Assembly (NCBI GenBank): GCA_947085655.1
Contig: CAMTXH010000014.1
Coordinates: 9,825-73,824, forward strand
From: an uncultured Omnitrophica bacterium
GTDB lineage: Bacteria > Omnitrophota > Gorgyraeia > JACQQV01
Length of the DNA stretch: 64,000 nt
Reading direction: 5' to 3'
Under the pieces are notes generated by a model that worked only from the letters and a program-made list of their open reading frames with translations, was not told where the DNA came from and did no database searches. The first letter of the stretch is position 1. Every line of letters begins with the position of its first letter. Below, in pieces: positions 46,566-55,921 of this stretch. The position numbers and the translations under genes are program-made.

Positions 46566-49500
46566 ATGATGAACCGAAACAGGAAACGACAATTTGGAAT
46601 TCGATGGGTTGGCCTTATGGTGGCTCAAGCATTCGTCTTTGGCACCTTGCTGACAGATACTGCCTGGGCCTTCCGTCGAAACCCTTACGATCATCTTCGC
46701 CAGAGGCCCCTTGCCTCTCAGGATGGGGGAATGAAGGAACTGAAGGCGAAATTGACCGGGGGGGCTCCTACCGAAAATCTTCGGGAAGTTACGTCCAGCC
46801 CCCCCGTGCTCAATTCTGAGGGGGCAAGGGATTCTTTCCGACGGGGCGTTTTGAGACTGAGTCTTCTCGGACTTTTGGCCGGCTCGGGCGCCGCAATACC
46901 TGCCATCACCCATGCGGCCTTTCCTCTTTCTCCCCCGGCACAGGTGGAAGTTCAAGCACCCGACTCTTTAAAAGCAGTACGACTTGCACGGACGAAGCAG
47001 GCATACCTGAATGCCTATTTGAACTATCAGGAGGCCTTTTCAAGACAGAATAGGTCGTTAAGGGCGGTTCAGGAGGATGCTGCCTGGAGCAGGGTGGATG
47101 AAGAGTTTTTCCGGACGCTTGAAGCGATCCGGCAGTTTGTGAAATTCGAAGTAACGGCGATGGATAAAGTGATTGCGCTTCACACCTTTATTCCGGGAAG
47201 TGTCGGGAATGTCACCTTTGACGAATTTGCGCGGCTCATCCGGCAGGATGTGAACGCTCCCGGAGAGTTCTATATGCCGCCCGATCTTTTGAATCAGGTC
47301 TCCTTTGATATCACCGCAACGACCGAACTTGATTTTCAGGACGGGGTCCAGATTGAGGGCATTTTGACTGTGACCACTGCACGGGGTCCGGATCAGCGTG
47401 TTTATCAATATGAACTTCCTGTCACAGCAACCCTTAAGGACCCGGGAAAAATCGCGTTTCACTTTAATACGCTTCAACTCCGAAACGAGGGAAAGATCAC
47501 GAGGCGGCTCATTGATACGAAAGGAACCGAAACGGAAAGAGACGATGTGGTTTTGGGGAGCGGACAGGTCTCCCGGATCGAGGAAGGGGTGATTGCCAAT
47601 GTCAGTTTCAATGCCCTTTGGAACGGGATCGGTCTCCTTCCGAGGGGAGAACCGGTTTCGTTGGAAATCCCGTTTGTGCTGGCAGAGGGGGTCCTCCGTC
47701 CGGGGAGTTTCCAGGTTCTCACCAACAATATGGAGGATGTCGGCATTGCCCCAAGTTCTTCGGAGTTGAATCGATTTCCCTTTGAATACCAAATCCGCTA
47801 CGCCGATTCACCGACGCTTGCTCCTCTTTCCAAGGCGCATGGTTTGTATGAGTTGACCTTTACCCTCACCACCGACCGTCGGAGAACCTTTGTGGTCTCC
47901 GGCCAGATGGGATCCCTCTTGGGCCGTGGGGAGACCGGAACGCTCCGCTTCCGGCTTTCGGACCGTCCGATTGTGGAGACATTTCTGGGTCAGCGGGTCG
48001 GTGAGGTTTCCGAAGTTCCGACCGGATTTTATATCGTTTCGCTTTCGATTCTCGATTTGGATACAAAGTCTCCGCTGCAACCCAACGACCGGCTTGCAGG
48101 CCCGGTGGTCCGCCCGAATCTTTTGTTTGTGGGGAGCCGTGTTCAGTCCGGGTCGAATGCAGTGGCCACGGACGGGGAATGGTTTGTGGATGGAAGCGCC
48201 ATTTATACAGAAGGGAGGGGTCCCGGCACAAAGGTCTGGGCAGAGTACGAAATCGACCTTGGTCCCAATCCGCTCGAAGATCTCGGTCTTGTGGTCTATG
48301 CCAGGAACCGGACGCCAGGCCCCACGGGCACGTTCGATCTGGAGGTCTTTGTCGACGGAGAGCCGCTCGATCTGGGTCGGGGCTCACCTCATGTGATCCG
48401 CGTTCCGATTCATCCGGACGGTCTGGTCCGGACAAGCGGGACGCCGGCATTCGATCTTCCTTCAGGGGTGCATCGGTTCCGCTTGCAATGGGTGAACGAT
48501 ACCGGTCCTACAACGACCCTTCAGATTGAAAGGGTCTTGCTGACCATACCGAGACAGGCAGGAGGCGCCCTCTCTGCTCCCGTAGCCGGTGTTTCGATTC
48601 CGGAAGCAGGGGTCCTTGCAGAAGAACCGACCCGTGCTCAAGTCCGTGAAGAACGGCTCAAACAGGAGTTGGAAAGAGCCAAAAAAGAAAGCGAACGGCG
48701 CAGAAGTATTTTGGAGCCGAGACTTCTCCTTCTGCCTGAAGCCATGCGGCATCTTCCGATGGAATTGATTCATCTTTTACGGAACGACCAAGATTTGAGA
48801 GAGGCGGAGAAAACACTCCTTGCGCGCGCAGACGAGGTCCGCCAGGCCGCTCAAGGGGTGGAGGGAGCGGAGGCAGAGGTAGCGACGATGGAATGGCTTG
48901 AAACACAAAGGAAAAAACAGACGGCTCCTTATGCAACCGCTCGGATCACCGGTCTTAATTTGGAAGGGACGGAGGATGCGGTTGCTCATTTGAAACTCGG
49001 AGACTGGATCCGTCTCGGGCCGGTGGGTCTTTCCCCCTTTGTTGAATACCGGTTCAGAGCCCCTTATCTTTCGGGGAAATCGGAAAAAGACCAACTCCGC
49101 GACGAGGCGGCTGAAGTCCAAAAAGCGCTGGATGACATTGAGGCACGGATTAAAGCGGAGCGGGATCCGGAAGTGGCGAGGCGGCTGAATCAGGAAAGAG
49201 ACTCTCTCAAAAACCAACAGCTTGCCTTGGAAGAAAACATCGCTGAACTGGAACATCTGAAACGGGTCCTCCATCTGGAGGAGAATCTCCGATACGGCCT
49301 CCAAGGGTTTTACCTTCTTTCGGACCGGCATCTTGCCGGAAGTTTCCGGCTCGCCGGGTACGGCTCTCCGGTCTGGCTCGAAGAAGTGCTCCCCGGATAC
49401 GGGCATCTTCCGGGACTGAAGGAGCGCGGAACAAAAGTGAGCGAGTCGCAGCGGCTCCGGTTTGGTCTCCCGCGGCTTTATGAAGTCTCCAACACTCTTG

Positions 49501-50735
49501 CATGGGTTCATCCGAGCGATCTTTTGGAACTCGGCGGAAGCGGGATGCTCGTAACCGACCCGGACTTCTGGACGCTTTGGGCTCTTTCCACGCAGGCCCG
49601 TCTGAATCTTGGCTCCTCTTTCCAACTTGCTGTTGAACGGGGTGACGTCGGATTCGATGTTTCATTTTATGATTACCTCAGAGAAGCGACAGGCGGGGGG
49701 ACTTATCGGGAAGGGATCCTTGCGGCCTTGAGAGAAAAGGGTCTCGGAAATTCGTTCCATACTCAGGGAGACTACACTCTCGGCCTTCTTTCCTATCTAT
49801 GGGATAAAGGGGAAGGAAGTGCCGAATTTGGGACTGATTTCGGGGGGGCGTATCATCTGCGGCTGCAGGGGATTCTTTTGGGTGTGCCGTTTAATGCTCA
49901 AACGGTTCTTGCAAGACATGCCTCACCCCGAGTTGACGTTGGTATTTCGCGGGAAATCACCTCCCGGGGAAAACTTTTCGCATCGCTCGGAATAAATCCT
50001 AACGAGATAGATCCTAATCAGAAGGTAAAGTTTAGTCTCGGCCTTCGGATCGGGACTTCAAGACCGAGACTTCCGACAAAGCGCGACGCCTTCAATGCGT
50101 CTCAGGTCGGCGCTTCCTTTGAAAGGGACCTGAAACGGCTGGAACATCTCGGAGAGAATCCGGAAGAACTGATTCAGGGCGCGATCCCTTCGGAACTCCG
50201 TTTGAGAAGGAGCGAGGGAGAAACCGAATATACCGGACCGAGCGTTCGGGATCTGTTTGACCGTGTGAAACAAAAAATCGACGTGTCAGAATCAATCAGG
50301 CAGCAACTGGATCAAATTCAGACCACCGCAAAGTCTCTGACGCCTTCGAAGACCGATTCGTCGCTCTATATCCATCCTGTCAGCCGTCTCAATCCTGAAA
50401 CCCGCGAACTGGTCGGAAAGATTCAAGACAAAATAGACCCAAGCGCTTTACGGCGTCTTGTTCCTCCGGAAGAAAGATCTGATCGATTGACCGCCGAACG
50501 GCTCGTCAAACTCCATGCACTTTTAGCCCATTACTTCAATGGCGGGGAAGGGATGAGAGATATTCATCTCCCTTCCGGATTCCAGTTAAATCAACTCGGC
50601 GCCATCGATGATGTTTCTCTTGAAACCATCCATGCAACGACCTATGAAGGCCTTATCCTCAAGGTTTTCCCAGAGATGCAACAGTTGGAATTGGAGCAGC
50701 AGAAGCTTCAGTCGATGCGGGAAAAGCAGGTCTAA
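46566..50735 (+). CDS. Large membrane-anchored or secreted protein (1,389 aa) with a β-rich N-terminal half, a coiled-coil middle and the shared C-terminal module
   Basis: ATG-ATG at 46566 lies 6 nt after the upstream stop; AAGGAAC overlaps that stop. N-terminus RKRQFGIRWVGLMVAQAFVFGTLLTDTAWAF...HLRQRPLASQDGG fits the leader shared by neighbouring genes. Coiled coil around 48640-49260. The last about 105 aa are homologous to the end of the 6,100-aa protein. Confidence 0.75.
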   Translation: MMNRNRKRQFGIRWVGLMVAQAFVFGTLLTDTAWAFRRNPYDHLRQRPLASQDGGMKELKAKLTGGAPTENLREVTSSPPVLNSEGARDSFRRGVLRLSLLGLLAGSGAAIPAITHAAFPLSPPAQVEVQAPDSLKAVRLARTKQAYLNAYLNYQEAFSRQNRSLRAVQEDAAWSRVDEEFFRTLEAIRQFVKFEVTAMDKVIALHTFIPGSVGNVTFDEFARLIRQDVNAPGEFYMPPDLLNQVSFDITATTELDFQDGVQIEGILTVTTARGPDQRVYQYELPVTATLKDPGKIAFHFNTLQLRNEGKITRRLIDTKGTETERDDVVLGSGQVSRIEEGVIANVSFNALWNGIGLLPRGEPVSLEIPFVLAEGVLRPGSFQVLTNNMEDVGIAPSSSELNRFPFEYQIRYADSPTLAPLSKAHGLYELTFTLTTDRRRTFVVSGQMGSLLGRGETGTLRFRLSDRPIVETFLGQRVGEVSEVPTGFYIVSLSILDLDTKSPLQPNDRLAGPVVRPNLLFVGSRVQSGSNAVATDGEWFVDGSAIYTEGRGPGTKVWAEYEIDLGPNPLEDLGLVVYARNRTPGPTGTFDLEVFVDGEPLDLGRGSPHVIRVPIHPDGLVRTSGTPAFDLPSGVHRFRLQWVNDTGPTTTLQIERVLLTIPRQAGGALSAPVAGVSIPEAGVLAEEPTRAQVREERLKQELERAKKESERRRSILEPRLLLLPEAMRHLPMELIHLLRNDQDLREAEKTLLARADEVRQAAQGVEGAEAEVATMEWLETQRKKQTAPYATARITGLNLEGTEDAVAHLKLGDWIRLGPVGLSPFVEYRFRAPYLSGKSEKDQLRDEAAEVQKALDDIEARIKAERDPEVARRLNQERDSLKNQQLALEENIAELEHLKRVLHLEENLRYGLQGFYLLSDRHLAGSFRLAGYGSPVWLEEVLPGYGHLPGLKERGTKVSESQRLRFGLPRLYEVSNTLAWVHPSDLLELGGSGMLVTDPDFWTLWALSTQARLNLGSSFQLAVERGDVGFDVSFYDYLREATGGGTYREGILAALREKGLGNSFHTQGDYTLGLLSYLWDKGEGSAEFGTDFGGAYHLRLQGILLGVPFNAQTVLARHASPRVDVGISREITSRGKLFASLGINPNEIDPNQKVKFSLGLRIGTSRPRLPTKRDAFNASQVGASFERDLKRLEHLGENPEELIQGAIPSELRLRRSEGETEYTGPSVRDLFDRVKQKIDVSESIRQQLDQIQTTAKSLTPSKTDSSLYIHPVSRLNPETRELVGKIQDKIDPSALRRLVPPEERSDRLTAERLVKLHALLAHYFNGGEGMRDIHLPSGFQLNQLGAIDDVSLETIHATTYEGLILKVFPEMQQLELEQQKLQSMREKQV

Positions 50736-50867
50736 AATATACCTGCCTGTAACCCTTAGAAAAATTAAATGTTATGTAAGTAAAACAAGACAAAAGTTAC
50801 TTCCATAAAGCTTGATTTTGGTGTATCCTTGTATTGTCCCCTTTTCTAAGCGTAATGGCGAGACACT

Positions 50868-50892
50868 CCCTTATGTTCTAAGGGGCTTTTTT
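50868..50892. terminator. Putative rho-independent terminator
   Basis: CCCTTA (50868-50873), loop TGTTC, TAAGGG (50879-50884), then GC and TTTTTT (50887-50892). Lies 133 nt after the stop of the 1,389-aa gene. A TATAAAAT -10-like box follows at 50905-50912. Confidence 0.35.
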
Positions 50893-50947
50893 GGCAACCA
50901 CTTCTAACATCTTTATAAAATCGTGAAATAAGGAAAAACGCCAAAAG

Positions 50948-53900
50948 ATGGACCGATTCAGGAAAAATTTCCTTTTACCCTTCAATCTTCTTGCGCTCCT
51001 GGTTACGGAGCTTTTTTTGGGATCCCTCCTCCTGATCGATTCTGCTTATGCTTCCTCCCGTCCTTCCTTTAATACGCTCCGGCCCAGGGCCTCCAAAGCG
51101 CACTCTCCTTTTTTTGATGCCCCCTTTGTTTCGACTCCGAACGATCTTAGGGCGGAAGACGGCGGAAAAAGAAAGAGCACCGAAGAAAGGTGGCGGGAAG
51201 TTTTTGTCAAAGCGCAAACACTCTATCAATTTCTTGATGAAGGCCTTTTCCAGAGGGGGGGCGGAGTAACGCGCCCCATTCCCAATTCGGGAGAGGTCTG
51301 GGAGAAAGTCGTACGGCAACTTGAGAAAATCCAAAAAACCGTCCGGCCTTACGGTGAGGAACAGATATCTCTGAGCATTCAAGAAATACTGAAGGCCCTT
51401 TACCATTACAAATATGAAAGCGGCGCGCCGGGAGGAGATATGACCAGCATTTTGATTGCGGCCCACTCCCGGGTCTCAGTTGAACTTCTACCAAGAATCA
51501 AAGCCCTTGCCGGAATCCGGAGACTTGAAGATATCGTAAGGGAGGATTTGTCAAAGACGGAGGAGATTGACCGGCGGCGGCTTCCGGAACTCCCCGATTG
51601 GGAAAAACTGGAGGAGGAAGGACAGCTTCAAGACGCCTTCATTGTTGTTTCTCTTTTGGCCGGAAAGGGAAGCCGTTTTCATGTGGGAGAAGAGAGTCCG
51701 CCGAAAGTGGTGTATCCCATCGGGAATGAACCCCTTGCTTGGTATACGCTGCAAGGAATCCGGGATCTCCGTCATGAAGGGTTTCCCACCTTTACGATTG
51801 GAATTGTTGGGGGTCATCCCACCCCGGATGGCAAATCCGACCGCGTCATGGAAAAAATCGGGACAGGGTACGTGGACCGCTATGTCCGTCAGTCGGTCCA
51901 GCGCGGTTCCGGCCACTCCGCTTTCTTTGCAACATATGCGATTCCGAAAACTTACCCCGGATACGTGATTGTTACGTCAGGAGATGTAGTGGTTCCGAAG
52001 GAGGCGCTGAAACTTTTGATTCGGGAACACCGGCGCTCGGGCGCTGCTCTTTCCATTCTCACCACCGACCTTGAGAATCCTCAAGGCAAGGGGCGAATTA
52101 TCCGAAGGGAAAACGGCATCATTGACCGGATTATGGAGCAGTCGGATATCGACCAAGTCATAGAGGAGGGAAAGACCGTTACTCTTGCAGACGGAAAGGT
52201 GCTGAGCGGCGAAGAACTCCGCGCGATTAAGGAGATCAACCTGGGTGTCTATGCTGCCAGAGCGAAGACATTTTTCGCAGCGCTCCGGGAAGTCGAAAAC
52301 GACAAACGGTTCGAAGAGTGGTATGTGACGGATGTGATTGCGGAGTTAAGGAAGCAGGATCAAAGAATCGAGGGAGTCCGTTTCTTGAAGGCATCCGATA
52401 TCCGAAAGCTTTCAGGGGCAAACGATATTTCGGAGTTCAAAAACATCGTCTCGGAATTTCTTGAGGAACTTTTGTTTCCGGATACGGTGGGGCGCATTAA
52501 TGAGATTCTGACCGATGCCTTTGGCGGCCTGGGAGAGGAGGCGCCGCTTCAGGCCCTGAACACCGTCCTGACCGCAGCCCGGGTCTATCAACATCTTCCG
52601 CCGAAGGATGGCACCAAAACATCGGACGACATCTTTCCAGAAGTGGTCTCCCGCGCGGCCAAGGTCTCAAGCGATACCATACAATTCCAGGCAGCGCTTG
52701 AACGGGAGCTTCAAGCCGCTTTTCACCATGCGCAGGATGGCGGCATCAGGGAGGGGTTCAAAAGATTGGTTGAGCTGGGGCAGACGGATATCGGAGATCT
52801 TTCGCATTGGGTCCGTAACCGGATTCTCACCCGGAAACTCCGTCATCGGAATGTGATTCTCCACGGACGGCTCACGTCCGGAGAGATTACCATCGGACCG
52901 GAAGTGGACCTGAGCGATTTTAGAGGCGGAGAGATTGCTGCGGGTACCCAGATCACCGGAAAAAGCAAAATCGGCCCCGGAACACACCTCAGCGGAACCA
53001 TCCATAATTCCGTGATTGCAGAAGGCGTCCAGATTTACCGGGGACGGGAAATCCGGGATACGGCGATTGAGGAAGGAGCGGTGGTTGAAGAGAGTAAACT
53101 CATCAATACCACTGTGGGGAGAAATGCCTACCTTGAAAACGCCCAGGTGAGCGACTACGATTTGGAAGAGAATGTCCGGGTGATTCATGCCTCCCTTTCG
53201 ATGGACGGTGAGAGTTCCTTTGGAAACGGCGTTGAAATCCGGACCGGCCCCGAGAAAGAGGGAAAATGGGAAGTCCTTGCCTATGACGGACTCACATGGA
53301 AAGAGGCAAAAGAGGTCATCACCCGGCGAGCGGACACCGCCTTCCTGACCGGCTTCCGGGAAAAGGTCGGTCGACATGTTCAGGAAGTTGCTTCCAGAGG
53401 AGGCCGCGTGGGGAGGGGAGCTGTGATTGACCGGACACCGGTTCTCAAGAATGTGAGGGTGGGGCCGTTTGCGCACATTGAAAACGCCAGGGAAATCCGG
53501 GACGCCTCTATTTTAAGCACGAAGCAATTTCCGACGCATGTCAACTCCGGCGCCATTATCCGGCATGCGATTGTCCAAGAGGGAAGTTACGTCGGGGAGC
53601 ATTCCAATGTGAGTCATGCGATTCTTTTGAAGCACTCCGGCGCTGCAGATGGCGTGAAGGTGGAAGAGTCGTGGATTGCCCCGCATTCCATCATGCGGTT
53701 CGGACATGTAGTCGCCTCTTCCATCGGGCCTTTTGTCGGAAAAAACCACCCCTCGATTTTGATTGCGGTTCAATGGCTTGAGGGGAGGGGGAATATCGGA
53801 GGGCAGCATACGGGAAGTAACCACGCCGGAACCGGCCCAACCTATGTAGCGTGGTATCCCAAATTTGCATTTTTCGGAACCAATACGGATGTTCTTTATC

Positions 53901-55915
53901 CTTTTAGGGCCGCCACCGGCCTTATTGTGGGTGCGAGTCTCACCCTTTCTCCTGAGGAAATCGGTCCGCTTCCGGACGAAGAATCAGTCCATCCTTATGA
54001 GCAGAAAATGACCATTCCCTCCCAGGAGATTGACTTTCCTTTCTCGGTGATCACAACCTCCGCCAACCCGAGATGGAATGAGATCCTCCCCGGCGGAGGC
54101 CTTTATCTTCTCCCTTACTACTTTGCGCGCCTTGAATCCAACCACCGGCATATCGTCCGACAGAAGGGAACGGAGGATGAAATCGATACCCGCGTCTTTA
54201 CCCCGGAAGTGATTGACGAAATGATTAAGGCAAGGGATCGACTCACCCGCCCGCCGGTTTCCGGGAAGCCGAAAGGAGACGATGCCCTTTACAGCGAGAG
54301 AGACTATCCGGGGCTCGGTAAAAGCATCATGACCGAACAGAGCCGGCAGAAAGCGATCAAGGCCTATGACCTGTACATTCTGTACCATATCCTCAAAGCG
54401 TTCAGGAACCGTCTCAGCCAGATTTTCCCCCATCGTCCCGAGGAGGCGCTCTTTTCGTCTCAAAACTGGCGTGTGCTTCAAGGGACCCTTCTTTTGAAGA
54501 CGGACGACGAAGCTTGGGAACATGCCCGGGGCATTTTGGAGGAGCGTTTCGGAAGAAAAATCCACCGCTGGGACAAAAAATTCGTGTTGAATCTTCTGAA
54601 ACAACTACAGATGCTCGAGAATCAATATTACAGCGGCATCCTTGACCACAAGATGAGGGAACGCGTTCGGCTGATGAAGATGTTCGACGAAGAGTTTGAC
54701 AAGATCTACATTCCGTTGAGTGAAGTGGATGCCCTTCAACTCCTTCACCGGGACTTTGAGATGGGAACTTCGGAAAATAGACGGATTCTGGATGCCGTGG
54801 CCGCCCTTCAGCGCTCTGCCGACGGAGGAGAGAAAAACAACTTCTTGGGTCTGGTTGCCCTCGGAGCAAACGCCTTTGAAGGGGGAACCCCAGACGACCA
54901 ACTCCCGAGTCTCCGGAGGATGCTTGAGCCGGTCGCAGAGTTAATTGCCGAAGGAAAAACATTCCTCCTCACACACGGAAATGGCCCGCAGGTCGGAGAG
55001 GAAGCGGTTCGGGTGGAACTTGCCAAAGAGGCGGGCGAGGCCCCTTCGATGCGGCTCCCTTACATTGTAGCCAACACCCAGGGCTCCATGGGAAGCATGA
55101 TTGCGCTCACGCTCCGGAATTTGCTCAAGGAGCGGGGTGCTGAAAAAAGGGTCGTTTACCTTTTAACCCACGTTGTGGTGGATCCGGAAGACCCTGCCTT
55201 TCAGGATCCGACCAAATTCATCGGGAAGGGGTATAACCGGGGAGATTCTCTCTATCTCGAACAGGAAAGAGGATGGACCTTTAAGGAATATCAGAACGGG
55301 ATCTGGCGCCGGGTGGTTTATTCGCCGGCTCCCCGGGAAATTTTGGAAGAAGAGATGATCAACGGCCTTTTGGATAAAGGAACGATTGTCATTGCAGGAG
55401 GCGGCGGCGGGATTCCGGTGTTTCGGAAGGGAGATGGAACGTTGGAGGTTGTTGACCATGTTGTCATTGACAAAGACCGGACGTCGGCCCTTCTGGCAAG
55501 TAACATTGGGACGCACCCATTCGTTATCTTGACAAAAGTTCCTCAGGTCTTCCTTCATTTTGGGACCGAAAGACAAACACCCCTCTCCCACTTGACATTG
55601 GATAAGGCGAGGCAGTATTTGGCGGAAGGACACTTCCCTCCCGGAAGCATGGGCCCCAAGATTGAAGCAGCGATTGATTATCTGGATAATTTTGGTTCAG
55701 AGGTCATCATCACCGACGGCCCCCATCTGCGCGAGGCCCTTGAAGGAAGGGCGGGCACCCGGATCGGCTGGCCCGTGGCCAAAGATGGGGGAGAAAAGGG
55801 AATAACACTTCAAAGTCTTCCCCTTTTCGATCTCCTGCCCCATCTTCCCAGTGCAACCCCTTCCCTGCACGAGATACAGACCCCCGCCGAAACAGCCCTC
55901 GGAAACGGGGTGTAA
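50948..55915 (+). CDS. Multidomain protein (1,655 aa): N-terminal leader, sugar-nucleotidyltransferase-like domain, left-handed β-helix hexapeptide repeats, a helical middle and a C-terminal carbamate-kinase-like domain
   Basis: ATG at 50948 is 12 nt after AAGGA. Leader LLALLVTELFLGSLLLIDSAYA...TLRPRASKA. Nucleotidyltransferase glycine motif IVVSLLAGKGSRF. Hexapeptide repeats run from about 52880. Carbamate kinase hallmarks are LVALGANAF, LLTHGNGPQVG, VIAGGGGGIPV and IDKDRTSALLA. Confidence 0.75.
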   Translation: MDRFRKNFLLPFNLLALLVTELFLGSLLLIDSAYASSRPSFNTLRPRASKAHSPFFDAPFVSTPNDLRAEDGGKRKSTEERWREVFVKAQTLYQFLDEGLFQRGGGVTRPIPNSGEVWEKVVRQLEKIQKTVRPYGEEQISLSIQEILKALYHYKYESGAPGGDMTSILIAAHSRVSVELLPRIKALAGIRRLEDIVREDLSKTEEIDRRRLPELPDWEKLEEEGQLQDAFIVVSLLAGKGSRFHVGEESPPKVVYPIGNEPLAWYTLQGIRDLRHEGFPTFTIGIVGGHPTPDGKSDRVMEKIGTGYVDRYVRQSVQRGSGHSAFFATYAIPKTYPGYVIVTSGDVVVPKEALKLLIREHRRSGAALSILTTDLENPQGKGRIIRRENGIIDRIMEQSDIDQVIEEGKTVTLADGKVLSGEELRAIKEINLGVYAARAKTFFAALREVENDKRFEEWYVTDVIAELRKQDQRIEGVRFLKASDIRKLSGANDISEFKNIVSEFLEELLFPDTVGRINEILTDAFGGLGEEAPLQALNTVLTAARVYQHLPPKDGTKTSDDIFPEVVSRAAKVSSDTIQFQAALERELQAAFHHAQDGGIREGFKRLVELGQTDIGDLSHWVRNRILTRKLRHRNVILHGRLTSGEITIGPEVDLSDFRGGEIAAGTQITGKSKIGPGTHLSGTIHNSVIAEGVQIYRGREIRDTAIEEGAVVEESKLINTTVGRNAYLENAQVSDYDLEENVRVIHASLSMDGESSFGNGVEIRTGPEKEGKWEVLAYDGLTWKEAKEVITRRADTAFLTGFREKVGRHVQEVASRGGRVGRGAVIDRTPVLKNVRVGPFAHIENAREIRDASILSTKQFPTHVNSGAIIRHAIVQEGSYVGEHSNVSHAILLKHSGAADGVKVEESWIAPHSIMRFGHVVASSIGPFVGKNHPSILIAVQWLEGRGNIGGQHTGSNHAGTGPTYVAWYPKFAFFGTNTDVLYPFRAATGLIVGASLTLSPEEIGPLPDEESVHPYEQKMTIPSQEIDFPFSVITTSANPRWNEILPGGGLYLLPYYFARLESNHRHIVRQKGTEDEIDTRVFTPEVIDEMIKARDRLTRPPVSGKPKGDDALYSERDYPGLGKSIMTEQSRQKAIKAYDLYILYHILKAFRNRLSQIFPHRPEEALFSSQNWRVLQGTLLLKTDDEAWEHARGILEERFGRKIHRWDKKFVLNLLKQLQMLENQYYSGILDHKMRERVRLMKMFDEEFDKIYIPLSEVDALQLLHRDFEMGTSENRRILDAVAALQRSADGGEKNNFLGLVALGANAFEGGTPDDQLPSLRRMLEPVAELIAEGKTFLLTHGNGPQVGEEAVRVELAKEAGEAPSMRLPYIVANTQGSMGSMIALTLRNLLKERGAEKRVVYLLTHVVVDPEDPAFQDPTKFIGKGYNRGDSLYLEQERGWTFKEYQNGIWRRVVYSPAPREILEEEMINGLLDKGTIVIAGGGGGIPVFRKGDGTLEVVDHVVIDKDRTSALLASNIGTHPFVILTKVPQVFLHFGTERQTPLSHLTLDKARQYLAEGHFPPGSMGPKIEAAIDYLDNFGSEVIITDGPHLREALEGRAGTRIGWPVAKDGGEKGITLQSLPLFDLLPHLPSATPSLHEIQTPAETALGNGV
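51630..52350 (+). other. Nucleotidyltransferase (GlmU or RmlA N-terminal-like) domain
   Basis: The LAGKGSRF motif matches the G-x-G-[ST]-R-[LMF] nucleotide-binding loop of sugar-1-phosphate nucleotidyltransferases, with an α/β pattern downstream. Confidence 0.45.
52880..53770 (+). other. Left-handed β-helix (hexapeptide-repeat) region
   Basis: Repeating [LIV]-G-x-x-x-x hexads: ITIGPEVDLSDFRGGEIAAGTQITGKSKIGPGTHLSGTIHNSVIAEGVQIYRGREIRDTAIEEGAVVEES... and VLKNVRVGPFAHIENAREIRDASIL...GAIIRHAIVQEGSYVGEHSNVSHAIL. Confidence 0.5.
54835..55770 (+). other. Carbamate kinase-like (amino-acid kinase family) domain
   Basis: Motifs VALGANAF, LLTHGNGPQVG, IAGGGGGIPV and VIDKDRTSALLA closely resemble the ArcC carbamate kinase signatures. 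Confidence 0.6.
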
Positions 55916-55921
55916 TCCCGC

